NCBI GenBank assembly: GCA_964016885.1
Contig: OZ024741.1
Span: forward strand, 383,160,001-383,224,000
Length of the DNA stretch: 64,000 bases
DNA from: Eledone cirrhosa
Taxonomy: Eukaryota
Reading direction: 5' to 3'
Shown here: positions 25,447 through 38,800 of the stretch, piece after piece
Layout of the letters: each line of letters opens with the position of its first letter
Numbering within the stretch: the stretch's first letter is position 1
Translations under genes and position numbers: made by a program
The notes under the pieces: generated by a model
The model's database searches: none
Told to the model about the DNA's origin: nothing
Seen by the model: only the letters and a program-made list of their open reading frames with translations

Positions 25447-26354
25447 CTAGCAGTGGTATGCGGCGTTGCGCGGGATAAAGTATTTTAGAACGCGAGCCCC
25501 GAACAGGCCTAGTCGTGGAAAAACTGTATGCGTGGACAATATGTAAAGAAAATAAACCGAATACTCTGATGGCTGGATAATCTTTGAGATTTTCCTCGAT
25601 GAAGCAGGAAAATTGCAGGTTTTCACATAATGCGTGCCCTAGGGGATCAAGAAAATGAATTTTTTTATGTGCATAATATGCCTTGAAATTTCGGGGAAAT
25701 CGTAACGCCTCAAAAAATCCCTAAAAAGTTGAAAAAATGAAGTTTTTCACCTAATGCGGGCCATAGGCCATAAATAAGTTGGATTTTCTTTGCTCACGGT
25801 ATGAAGAAGAGACTGACTAATACATATTTACAATTTCAAGGAAATAAGTCTGACGTAATGACTGAATAAAAAACCTAAAATGCTGAAAAAACGCAGTTTT
25901 TCAACTAACTAGGACGTCAAAAAGTTGAATTTTTATGTGCATAACACTTCCTGAAACATAAGTATAAAGTTTGAAAAAAGTCGGTTGGGTACTTCTCAAG
26001 TTTTAGTGATTCAAACTCACAGACACACACACACACACACACACGCAGACATCCTCAGGGAAGTGACGTAATGCAGTCAGTCAGACATACAGACATATAT
26101 TACATGGGTGTGACGTTATATGTATGTATCTATCTAAAAAGAGAAAGACTGAGAATTATAGAGAGATATTGCTAAATCGCCTAATGCGGTCCCTGCGGCA
26201 TTGAACATTTGAAATTGCTTTTGCTCAGAACACTCCCTGAAACATAAGTATTACATGTGTAAAGTTTCAAAACAGTCGGTTGGGTGTTTCTCGAGTTTTA
26301 GGGATTCAAACTCTCACACACACAGACATACATCCTCAGTTTTATATATATAGA
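25447..26354 (-). mobile_element. Non-autonomous Helitron
   Basis: Minus strand A|TCTATATATATAAAA ... GC-rich subterminal hairpin-like CCCGCGCAACGCCGC ... CTAG|T; no TSD; internally duplicated 5' segment. Confidence 0.7.
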
Positions 26355-26436
26355 TGATATTAGTGATATTCACAAATGTGCCCCTCTCCAGAGTTACCTT
26401 GGCATATTTATTATTGTTATTACTATTATTATATCA

Positions 26437-26632
26437 AGGGCGGTGGATTGGCAGTATCGGTAGAGAGTCAGACAACATGCTTTCCAGCATAGAGATACGG
26501 ACTGATTTCAAATCCCGCCGAGGTTGACTTTGTTTTTCATCCTTACGGAGTCGATAAATTAAAGTACCAGTAATGTTCTGGATAATTGCTGGCCTTGTGG
26601 CAAAAGTAGAAACAATTATTATTATTATTATT
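26437..26632 (+). mobile_element. SINE S1 ending in (ATT)n
   Basis: GGGCGGTGGATTGGCAGTATCGG ... CCTTGTGGCAAAAGTAGAAACA(ATT)n. Confidence 0.85.
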
Positions 26633-26650
26633 GTTCTTTGAGTCTCAGTC

Positions 26651-27736
26651 ATTGATGTTATTTAACTGGAAAGTTTGTTGAAATGAATATAAAGCCACTA
26701 CCTGCAGCCTCAGATATTCAGGACCTATCGGAGGGTTCTTACTCTTCCCAGCAAGCATGCCTTTTGAAGTGTTCCAAAAAGCGGGGCGAGACCAATTTTC
26801 TTTAACCATCCTTGGAAACTCTTTGAGATAGTACCTAGTGCGCCTATGACAATGGGGACCAATTTGACCTCATGGCAGTTCCAAATCCTTTTTACCTCCC
26901 ACTTTTAGTCCTGGTATCGGTTAATGTTCTTCCTCTCCTTCTCTTGCACGCTTGTATCGAATGGGCAGGCTACATCCACAATCAGGCACGATCTTTTTCT
27001 CTTGTTTAAAACCACCTGGTCAAGTCTATTGTGTTCCAGCTTCTTGTCCGTCTGTATCCTAAAATCCCACAGCACCTTCACCTGATCGTTTTCCATCACC
27101 GACTCTGGCTTATGCTCATACCACTTCTCAGAATGTGGTAAATTGTTTTATTTGCATAGGTGCCAGTTGATCACCCTGCCCATCACATCATGTCTCCAGC
27201 CTTTATAGTGAGTCTGGGCTAGGTGTTTACACTCGGATACAATGTGAGCCACAGTCTCCTCTCTCTCTCCACAGATCCTACACAGTGGGCTAGCCCCCTC
27301 CTTGTAAATATGGTGTTTTAGCCACTTCGTTTTGAGGGCCTGCTCTTGCGCAGCCATTAGCATTCCTTCTGTAGCCTTTTTAAGGTCTCCTTTTTTCAAC
27401 CAGTTGCATGTCTGTGGATCTCTAAATTCAGTTTTCTCAGAGAAGGTACTATGAAGGGATTTTCCATAAAGGTTGCTCTTTCTCCTTGTTGTTATTTCCT
27501 CCTTGGACATACCCTGGTCTATTGTCTTCTCCTTCAGTACAATTCTGAGCATTAGCTCCTACTATCAGTCACGTATTTGTGTAGGTTGTTTTTCTCCATC
27601 TGAACACATTCCTCTATGCTGATAAGACCTCTTCCACATTCAGATCTCCTTAAGTAGAGTCTATCGACATCACTCCTCTTGTGGAACATGTTGTAGATAG
27701 TCAATAGCTTCCTAGTCTTCCTATCCATTTCTTTTG
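26651..27736 (-). mobile_element. 3' fragment of Dong family D1
   Basis: Collinear with 14100-15170. Confidence 0.88.
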
Positions 27737-30700
27737 AAACAAAAGAAAAAAATATATTAACTCGTGATATCGAAATGAAGTCTACCAAAATGAACTCTGC
27801 CACACCGAACACCACTGACGCCACCACTACCACAACTGAAACTAAAATTAACAATAACAAAAATAACGATAACAACAACAGCAACAATGAGAATAAGAAA
27901 AACCTGTCTTTTGCCAGAGTAGCAAAAAAGTGCGAAGCATTCCAGGTAACTCAGGAGGAATTAGAAGAAGCCAAAAAAATGGTAAAGAAAGATGGGTACA
28001 GGGTCAGCCTCACCCCCACCAACTAATAAAATGGAGCATCGGTGCCTATGCACAGTGTCTTATCGGACGATTAACATAAAATCGCACCGAGTGGAACGGG
28101 CATCTCAGTCCCAAATCCAAAAAGCTTTGGGACATGTGTGGGCAAAAAAACCACATCAGACGTGGGCAGAAATATGGAACCGTGGAAGTGTTCTTTGAAA
28201 CACCAGAGGAGGCCTGAGAACACTCCATGGCCCCATTAAGAAGTGACGACTTCACACTCGTCCCAAGCTGTGGCCAGAGACTCGTGAAGATCAGGGAGAC
28301 CCACGTTCCACCGGCCATCGAAATTCCCTGGATAATGGCTGCCGTCCTCGCCGGCATCGAGGCCAACACCAAGATAATCGAAATAGCGAAAGGAAAGTAG
28401 GAGAACTGGTCCGGATCTGGGATGGAGCTCCTGATCCAAGCGGACCAAAAAAAGCATTGAGGAGATTCCAGAGGTAATAGACCTCACTGACGGCAGCCAC
28501 CTCACCGTAATCGTCGAGGGCAGAAGGCCTAGGTGTGTCGTTTGTGGTGAAGGAACCCACCTAAAGGCTTTCTGCCATCAGGTTAAAAGGCTGAGGTCAC
28601 CTCTCTTACCCACCCCAGTGACTCAACCATCAACACCACCAGCAGCAGAAATGGCAGCAACAACTCTAGCAGCAACAACAGAAGCAACTGTAACAGCAAC
28701 AACCCCACCAACAGTAGCAAAACCAACACCACCACCATCCAATGCGCCAGAACTAGCACCAGCGCCTACACCATCCACCACAAACAAAACCAACGCCTGT
28801 GGAGGATTGATTTTCAACTACCCAACCTATCGCAACTGGAGACAGATTGTGATGACGAGGAGTGGGAAACAGTATTAGAAAAAAAGAAAAAGAAACCAAA
28901 AAAGAAGAAATCCCATCCTCCCTCTCCAAAAACAAAATACAGATGGAAACAAATAAAATATCAAACAAAAAAGTTAGGACAGCTATACCACCATCCACAC
29001 CAGCATCACCAACCCCACCACCACAAACACGAATACCATCACCATCATTAACCCCAACACCACCATCACCAACACCACAAAAGTCACCAAAGAGCGAAAC
29101 AGAAACAAACCCACAATAAACGCAAACAATACAAAACAACCAAAACGATACAGACTACACAGCAATAAATTTGAACAACAACCAATTATTACACTGCATC
29201 CAACACAACAGCAGCATCACAGAAAAAGACTAGACAACAACCCAAAAGTTCACACCACCTCCACACATACAAATCACTCGCATCACACAGAAAACGTACA
29301 CGACACTAAAACGGAGATTTCCGAGAAGCACTCTCCAGGAGGATTTATGAGCACATCCTTCCGGAGGAGGCCAGAAGCAGTGAAAAGGATGGAGAAACCA
29401 TCATTCCTCTACGAGAAGTAAGGTAAGTGGTCTTTCCCATCTTTTCCACTCCATTTCAACATGACCTCTCTCAGAATAGGCAGCATAAATGCGCGTGGCT
29501 TGGGGTCGTCATGGAAGCAGGGCCACCTGCTCAACGACCTCAAGTCACTAAACATAGATGTAGTGGTCATCAGCGAGACCAGAATCTCCGAAGCACAGGC
29601 TTTCGCACCGATCTTCGGCGGCTACGATGTGTACGCATCTCCCAGCCGTCCGGGATCGGGGGGAGGAGTTGCTGTGCCTTTTCGGAGAGGTTTGGATCTC
29701 GCCATACGGGCCATCTTCCTGGACCCAGAGGGTAAGTTGGTGGTGCTGGACGTGACCAGCTGAGACGGGCAAGCTTTCAGGCTAGTGGCCGTCTATGCCC
29801 CGACAGGAGCAGGGCGGCCTGGTTTTTTCCGGCGTCTGGAGACCTTTCTTGGAAAGTCCCGCTTTTTAGTGTTAGTGGGCGAGATCTTAGATGCACGCTG
29901 GGACTGTGTGGGATTACCGGATAGGGAAGGAGGGTGCAAGAGCCTCACCAACCTGCTCGGGCGTTTTGTACTGTCTGACAGGTACCGATTGGATTTCCTG
30001 ATGTGCCAATGTGGACTTGGACAAATCGCATAAGGGTATCCAGATCATATCTAGATAGAGTATCTTGTAGGGAAATAGATAGGTCTAGCATAGGCTGTCC
30101 ACAATTCAAGATAGTCAGCTACATGGACCACAAATTCGTGATCTGTGTGCTTAACTTAGATAGGCTTCATAGACGAGGACCCGGCTACTGGAAGCTAAAC
30201 GCATCCTTACCAGCGCGCAAGGCCAACAGAGACCGGATTAGCGAACTAGTTAAGCGGGCGTTGACGGGGGCCATCGTCAACAACAAGTGGTGGTTTGCTC
30301 TGAAAAGAGCGATAAGAATAGAGTCCATTAGGTTTAATAAGGCTTTAGCAATAGAGAAAAATAGAGCAGAGGGAGAATTAGTTAGAAAATTAGACGAGGC
30401 GCTTAGCAAAGGCATCGCGACCGACGTACTTGCTGCGAAATTGGCCCTTGACCAATTCTTCAATGCAAAGCACGAAGGCTGCGTTGTCAGAGCTAGGGTG
30501 CGTGCTCTCAGACACGAGGATACGAAAGCCGATCAATGGGCCCGAGTGGCGGAGGCGCGTCGTGGCAACAGAGCCACGATCCGGTCTTTGGTGGACCACG
30601 ACGGGCGCATGCTACTCGATCCCGGGCAAATGTGGGAAGCTTTTCAGCGACACTTCGCACAGCTCTTCGGGGGCAGGGGCGGGCCGGATCGAGGGATGGA

Positions 30701-32427
30701 CTTTAGTGTCTACCTGGACGGACTGCCGCAGTTCTCGGCCACTGAGGCGGAGTGTCGTGAACAGCCGATAACCGCCGCTGAATAACGGGAGGCAATTACT
30801 GGCTGCACAAGGTGTAAATCGCCTGGTTTGGATGGTCTGTCCTATGAACTTTACGTACAGATGCCAGACTTGTTTGGAGGCCTCTTGGCGGACGTCTACT
30901 GCAACTGGCAACAGAACTGGAGAATTCCCAGCTCTGTGAGCCGAGGAGCTGTGGGGCTGCTGAGAAAGGATCCGAACAAGGGGATAACATAGATAATTTT
31001 AGGCCTATAACTCTGCTAAACAAAGAGTTCAAGATTTTGGCCAAGGTGCTAGCAATTAGGTTGGCGCTTGTCGTTGGTGGTCTGATGGGAGAGGCGCAGA
31101 CATGCGCCATTCCCGACAGATCCATCCACGACAATGTCCACCTCATGCGATACATCATAGAGAGGTTAGCTAGGGAACCCGGCACGTGTGGGTCCTTAAT
31201 CAATTTAGATCAGTCGAAAGCTTTCGATAGGGTCGACCATTGTTACCTAGCGGCAGTCCTGAGGGCAGCTGGCTTTGGGCCCGTCTTCAGAAGCTGGATC
31301 GCTGCCATGCACAGCGACATCTGCTCTGCGGTAAGAGTGAACGGTCACCTTTCGGAACCGTTCAACATCATGCTCTCGGTCCGCCAAGGATGTCCCCTCT
31401 CGTCCCTCTTGTACGAATTGACTTTGAGCCATTACTGCACAAATTGGAGACATTGAGGGGAGTCCCGCGCGAACTAGGATTCGGAAGATCCGTGGTAGCA
31501 TATGCGGACGATGTCATCGTAGTGGTGTCGAACGCCAAACATAATCGAGGCGATCGGCACTACACTAAGAGAATACGAAGCGGTGACAGGAGCAATGATC
31601 AACCAGTAAAAGTCAGTGCGCCTGCAGCTCGGCACCTGGATGGGCAGGCCCATGCCGTCCAACAGCGTCGTTGGGCGCTGGACGGACGGACCGGTTAAGT
31701 CACTAGTGGTCTGGTTCGGTCCGAACCTCCAGACGGACAAAAACTGGGACGAGGTAACGAGCAGGGTGCCTTCTCTCACCCAGAAATTGGCGGAGAAGAG
31801 GCTATCCCTGAAAGGTCGAGCGGAGGTGGCTAACGCGTTCATCGCGTCCGTCATCTACTACCGCCTGACCGTCGTACCTTGTCCTAAGCCCCACCTCACT
31901 GCGCTGGAGCATTTGCACTTTCGCCTTTTGTGGAAAAGACGCGCTCCGATGGTCAGGTGGTCCATCTCCTGTCAACACCCGCTACGTGGAGGGCTGGGCA
32001 TGCCGTGGCTGATGATGCGCAGACACGCGCTCAAGCTACGATATCGACACCTCTTCCTCGACGGTGCTCATGTGTGGTCGCTGTTTGCTAGACGCGTCTT
32101 TCCCCAGCTCGTCTCCTTGACGGAGCTGCAGTCCTGGGTCAAGCGAAGACCGAGAGGGAGCGCTTGGAGACTGGAATGTCTTCAGGTGCTCACAGCCCTC
32201 GACCAATCGGGCAATGTGATCGGTGGAAACTCCACCTTGGCGTTCTATAGAGGATTAGTGGAGGGGAAGAGCGACGACGTACTTGGGGAAACTCTAGGCG
32301 TCGAGGAAAATCAACAAGCCAATTCTCTTCGGAAGAACTTTCGGGCCGGGGCCTATGGACAACTTCCAGCAATCTCTGGCCTGGCAGTGCTACCGAGGAG
32401 CCTTGCCAGTTCAGCATAAATACTATT
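27736..32427 (+). mobile_element. Tx1-type LINE (copy C), truncated at both ends and decayed
   Basis: ORF1 and ORF2 fragments collinear with 34078-38838; many stops and frameshifts. Confidence 0.9.
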
Positions 32428-32437
32428 GGAATACGTT

Positions 32438-33483
32438 GGAATGAATATCAAGCCACTACCTGCAGCCTCAGATATTCAGGACGTATCGGAGGGTTCTTGC
32501 TGTTCACAGCAAGCATGCTTTTTGAAGCGTTCCAAAAAGCGTGAAGGGGCCGATTTTCTTTAACCATCCCTGGAAATCTTTGGAGATAGTCCCCAATGCG
32601 CCTATGACAATCGGGATCACTTTGACTTCATGGCATTTCCAAATCCTTTTTACCTCCCACTTTAAGTCCTGGTATCGGTTAATTTTCTCCATGCACTCTC
32701 TTGCACTCTCGTGTCGAATGTGCAGGCTACATCCACAATCAGACACGATCTGTTTTCTTTGTCCACAACCACCAGCTCAGGTATATTGTGTTCCAGTTTC
32801 TTGTCCGTCTGTATCCTAAAATCCCACAGCACCTTCACCTTATCGTTCTCCATCACCGCCTCTGGCCTATACTCATACCATTTCTCAGAATGTGGTAAAT
32901 TGTTTACTTTGCACAGGTGCCAGTGGATCACCCTGCCCATCACATCATGTCTCCAGCCCTTATAGTGCGTCTGGGCTAGGTGTTTACACTCGGATACAAT
33001 GTGAGCCACAGTCTCCTCTCACCCTCCACAAATATGGTGTTTCAACCACTTCGTTTGAGGGCCTGCTCCTGCGCAGCCATTAACATTCCTTCTGTAGCCT
33101 TTTTGAGGTCTCCTCTTCTCAACCAGTTCCATGTCTGTGAATCTCTAAATTCAGTTTTCTCAAAGAAGGTACTATGAAGGGATTTTCCCTGAAGGCTGCT
33201 CTTTCTCCTTGATGTTACTTCCTCCTTGGACATCCCCTGGCCTATTGTCCCCTCCTTCAGTACAGTTCTGAGTATTGGCTCCTTACTATCATTCACGTAT
33301 TTGTATAGGTTGTTTTTCTCCATCTGAACACAGTCCTCTATGCTGATAAGACCTCTTCCACCCTCAGATCTCCTTAGGTAGAGTCTATCGACATCACTCC
33401 TCTTGTGGAACATGTTGTAGATAGTCAATAGCTTCCTAGTCTTCCTATCCATTTCTTTTTGTTCAGCAACATTCCATCTCAGA

Positions 33484-33484
<1 letters not shown>
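32438..33484 (-). mobile_element. 3' fragment of Dong family D1
   Basis: MDRKTRKLLTIYNMFHKRSDVDRLY ... LWDFRIQTDKKLEHN ... LQKACLL. Confidence 0.88.
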
Positions 33485-33526
<42 letters not shown>

Positions 33527-33576
33527 GTACCAGTAATGCACTGGGTAATTGCTGGCCTTGTCCCTAATGTAGAAAC

Positions 33577-33582
<6 letters not shown>
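33527..33582 (+). mobile_element. SINE S1 3' fragment inside an (ATT)n tract
   Basis: GTACCAGTAATGCACTGGGTAATTGCTGGCCTTGT..GTAGAAACAA between two ATT runs. Confidence 0.8.
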
Positions 33583-33622
<40 letters not shown>

Positions 33623-33831
33623 GGCGACCTACGTAGGAAATCGTATTATCGTGAGCTCCGCAAAGGTTTGTTATTTCCGTTTGTTTAAAAATTGCCATTT
33701 ATGGAAAATTTTATTGTTAACTGTTTATAAGCACACATACATAGTTTTCCGAAAAGGACACCTAAAAAGATTGGGGCCTTGTGCCCAAAATTTTAACTTT
33801 TATTATTATCAAAAAATTTCTTTGAAAAAAA

Positions 33832-35827
33832 ATGGCTACTTCACCTCTGCACGAAGCAGCTGAAAGCCTTCCTCACAAAATAACACCTCACACCGACACC
33901 ACCATTGTAAATGTTACTACGTTTGCCAACACTAAAAAAAATATAAGCAGTAGCAATATTTTAAATTTGTCTCAGGCAGACGTTCATTTCCCGCCATTAC
34001 CAATGACTGCAGGTGTTAAAGCCTCCACCACCACCACCACCGCGACAACCACCACCACCACCACCACCGCGACAACAGAAACAAAAGAAGAAAAAAAAAA
34101 ATTAACTCGTGATATCGAAATGAAATCAAGCAAAATGGACTCTTCCCCACCAAAGACGACTGACGTCACCACCACCACAACAGAAAATAAAATTAATATT
34201 AACGATAGCAACAACAACAACAATGACATTATAAAACCGACCCTCAGTTTCGCCATCGTAGCAAAACAATTCGAAGCGTTCACGGTAACTCAAGAAGATT
34301 TAGAAAATGCCAAACAAATGGTAAAGAAAGATGGGTACAGGGTCAGCCTCACCCCCCCCCCCCCCCACACCTAATGAAATGGAGCATCGGCGCCTGTGCA
34401 CCGTGTCGTATAGAACAATAAATGTAAAATCGCGCCGAGTGGAACGGGCATCCGAGTCCCAAATCCAAAAAGCGTTGGGACATGTGTGTGCAAGAAAAAT
34501 CCACATCAGACGTGGGCAAAAGTATGGAACCGTGGATGTGTTCTTTGAAACACCAGAGGAGGCTAGAGAACACTCCATGGCCCCATTAAAAAGTGACGAC
34601 CTCACACTCGTCCCAAGCTATTGTGGCCAGAGACTCGTAAACATCAGGGTGACCCACGTTCCACCGGCCATCGAAATTCCCTGGCTAATAGCGGCTGTCC
34701 TCGCCGGCATCGAAACGAACACGAAAATAATAGCAGTAGCAAAAGAAAAGCAGGAAAACTGGTCCGGATCTGGGATGGAGCTCCTGATCCAAGCGGACCA
34801 AAAAAGCATTGAGGAGATCCCAGAGGTAATAGACCTCACTGACGGCAACCACCTCACGGTAATTGTCGAGGGCAGAAGACCTAGGTGTGTCGTTTGTGGT
34901 GAAGGAACCCACCTAAGGGCTTTCTGCCCTCAGACTAAAAGGTTGAGGCCACTTCTCCTACCCACCCCTGTGACACAACCATCAACACCACCAGTAGCAG
35001 AGATGGCAGCAACAACTGTAGCAGCAACAACAGAAGCAACTATAACAGCAACAACCCCAGCAACAGTAGCAAAACCAACACCACTACCACCACCAGCAAA
35101 ACCAACACCACCACCACCCAACACTTCAGAACTAGCACCAGCGCCTACACCATCCACCACACCACAACCAAAACTAACGGCTGTGGAGGATTTTCCACTC
35201 CCCGGCCTATCACATCTGGAGACAGATTGTGACGACGAGGAGTGGGAAACGATATCCGGAAAAAAAAAAAGAAACCAAAAAAGAAAAGATTCTCTTCCTT
35301 CCCCCTCCAAAAACAAAATACAGAGGGAAACAAATAAACTAAGAAACAAAAAAGTTAGGACAGATATGCCACCATCCACACCAGCATCACCAACCCAATC
35401 AACCCAAACACCAACACCATCACCATCATTAACTCCAACACCACCATCACCTACACCACAAAGGTCACCAAAATGCGAAACAGAAACAAACCCACAACAA
35501 ACGCAAACAAAACAAAACAACCAAAACGATACACACTACACAGCATTAAATTTGAACAACAAGCAATTATTACACTACATTCAACACAACACCAGCATCA
35601 CAGAAAAAGACTACACAACAATCCCAAAATTCACACCACCTCCACACATACAAATCACTCGCATCACACAAAAAACGTACAAGACACTAAAACAAAAATT
35701 CCCCAAAGACATCGGAGACTTCCGACAAGCACTCTCCAGGAGGATTTATGAGGACATCCTTCCTGAGGAGGCCACAAGCAGTGAAAAGGATGGAAAAGCC
35801 GTCCTTCCCCTACGAGAAGTAAGGTAA
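33832..35827 (+). CDS. LINE ORF1 nucleic-acid-binding protein (~665 aa; one frameshift at C15 run 34352-34366)
   Basis: ORFs 33832-34374 and 34331-35827 join across the poly-C; LSFA motif, CX2CX4HX4C knuckle, Pro/Thr-rich linker, basic patch. Confidence 0.85.
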
Positions 35828-35861
35828 GTGGTCTTTCCCATCTTTTCCACTCCTTTTCAAC

Positions 35862-38800
35862 ATGACCTCACTCAGAATAGGCAGCATAAATGCGCGTGGC
35901 TTGGGGTCGTCATGGAAGCAGGGCCACCTGCTCAACGACCTCAGGTCACTAAACATAGATGTAGTGGCCATCAGCGAGACCAGAATCTCCGAAGCACAGG
36001 CTTTCGCACCGATCTTCGGCGGCTACGATGTGTACGCATCTCCCAGCCGTCCGGGATCGGGGGGAGGAGTTGCTGTGCTTTTTCGGAGAGGTTTGAATCT
36101 TGCCATACGGGCCATCTTCCTGGACCCAGAAGTTAAGTTGGTGGTTCTGGACGTCACCAGCGGAGACGGGCAAGCTTTCAGGTTAGTGGGCGTCTATGCC
36201 CCGACAGGAGCAGGGCGGCCTGATTTCTTCCGGCGTCTGGAGACCTTTCTTGGAACGTCCCGCTCTTTAGTGTTAGTGGGCGACTGGAACGGGATCTTAG
36301 ATGCACGCTGGGATTGTGTGGGATTAGTGGGTAGGGAAGTAGGGTGCAAGAGTCTCACCAACCTGCTCAGACGTTTTGAACTGTCTGACAGGTACCGAAT
36401 GGATTTCCCGAATGTACCAATGTGGACTTGGACAAATCGCATAGGATCATCCAGATCATATCTAGATAGAGTATTTTGTAGGGAAATAGATAGGTCTAGC
36501 ATAGGCTGTCCACAATTCAAGATAGTCAGCTACACGGACCACAAATTCGTGATCTGTGTGCTTGACTTAGATAGGCTTCATAGACGAGGACCCGGCTACT
36601 GGAAGCTAAACGCGTCCTTACCAGCGCGCAAGGCCTACAGAGACCGGATTAGCGAACTAGTTAAGCGGGCGTTGACGTGGGCCATCGTCAACAACAAGTG
36701 GTGGTTTGCTCTGAAAAGAGCAATTAGAATAGAGTCCATTAGGTTTAGTAAGACTTTAGCAATAGAGAAAAATAGAGCAGAGGGAGAATTAGTTAGAAAA
36801 TTAGATGAGGCGCTTAGCAAAGGCATCGCGACCGACGTACTTGCGGCGAAATTGGCCCTTGACCAATTCTTCAATTCAAAGCACGAAGGCTGCGTTGTCA
36901 GAGCTAGGGTGCGTGCTCTCAGACACGAAGGGACGAAAGCCGTTGAATGGGCCCGAGTGGCGAAGGCGCGTCGTGGCAACAAAGCCACGATCCGGTCTTT
37001 GGTGGACAACGACGGGCGCATGCTACTCGATCCCGGGCAAATGTGTGAAGCTTTTCAGCGACACTTCGCTCAACTGTTCGGGGGCAGTGGCGGGCCGGAT
37101 CGAGGGATGGACTTTAGTGTCTACCTCGACGGACTGCCGCGGCTTTCGGCAACTGAGGCGGAGTGTTGCGAAAAGCCGATAACAACCGCTGAAGTACGGG
37201 ATGCAATGACTAGTTGCACAAGGGGTAAATCGCCTGGTTTGGATGGTCTGCCCTATGAACTTTACGTACAAATGCCAAACTTGTTCGGAGGCCTCTTGGC
37301 GGACGTCTACTGCAACTGGCAACAGAACTGGAGAATTCCCAGCTCTGTGAGCCGAGGAGCGGTGGCGCTGCTGAGAAAGGACCCGAACAAGGGGGATAAC
37401 ATAGATAATTTTATGCCCATAACTCTGCTAAACACAGAGTTCAAGATTTTGGCCAAGGTGCTAGCAAAGAGGTTGGCGCTTGTCGTTGGTGGTCTGGTGG
37501 GAGAGGCACAGACATGCGCCATTCCCGACAGATCCATCCACGACAACGTCCACCTCATGCGATACATCGTAGAGAGGGTAGCTAGGGAACCTGGCACGGA
37601 TGGGTCTTTGATCAATTTAGATCAGTCGAAAGCCTTCGATAGGGTCGACCATCGTTACCTAACGGCAGTCCTGAGGGCGGCTGGCTTTGGGCCCGTCTTC
37701 AGAGGCTGGATCGCTGCCATGCACAGCGACATCTGCTCTGTAGTGAGAGTGAACGGTCACCTTTCGGAACCGTTCAACATCATGCTCTCGGTCCGCCAAG
37801 GATGTCCCCTCTCGTCCTTATTGTACGTATTGACTCTCGAGCCATTACTGCACAAACTGGAGACGTTGAGGGGGGTCCCGCGCAAACTAGGATGCGGAAG
37901 ATCGGTGTCAGCATATGCCGACGATGTCACCGTAGTGGTGTCGAACGCCAAACACATCGAGGCGATCGGCACTACACTAAGAGAATACGAAGCGGTGACA
38001 GGAGCAATGATCAACCAGGAAAATTCAGTGGGCCTACAGCTCGGCACCTGGAGAGGCAGGTCCATGCCGTCCAACAGCGTCGTCGGGCGCTGGACGGACG
38101 GACCGGTTAAATTGCTAGGGGTCTGGTTCGGTCCAGACCTCCAGACGGACAAAAACTGGGACGAGGTGACGAGCAGGGTGGCTTCTCTCACCCAGAAATG
38201 GGCCGAGAGGAAGCTATCCCTGAAAGGTCGAGCGGAGGTGGCGAATGCGTACATCGCATCCGTCATCTACTACCGCCTGACCGTCGTACCTTGTCCTAAG
38301 CCCCGCCTGACTGCGCTGGAGCGTTTGCTCTTTCGCTTCTTGTGGAAGGGACGCGCTCCGATGGTCAGGCGGTCCATCTGCTGTCAACACCCGCTACGTG
38401 GAGGACTGGGCATGCCGTGGCTGATGATGCGCAGACACGCGCTCAGGCTACGACATCTCCACCTCTTCCTCGACGGTGATCAGGTGTGGTCGCCGTTTGC
38501 AAGACACGTTTTTCCCCAGCTCGTCTCCTTGACGGAGCTGCAGTCCTGGGTCAAGCGAAGACCGAGAGGGAGTGCTTGGAGACTGGAATGTCTTCAGGCG
38601 CTCACAGCCCTCGACCAATCGGGCAATGTGATAGGTGGAAACTCCACCTTGGCGTTCTATAGGGGATTAGTGGAGGGGAAGAGCGACGACGTACTTGGAG
38701 AAACTCTAGGCGTCGACGAAAATCAACTAGCCAATCTCTTCGGAAGGACTTTCGGGCCGGGGCCTATGGACAACTTCCAGAAATCCCTGGCATGGCAGTG

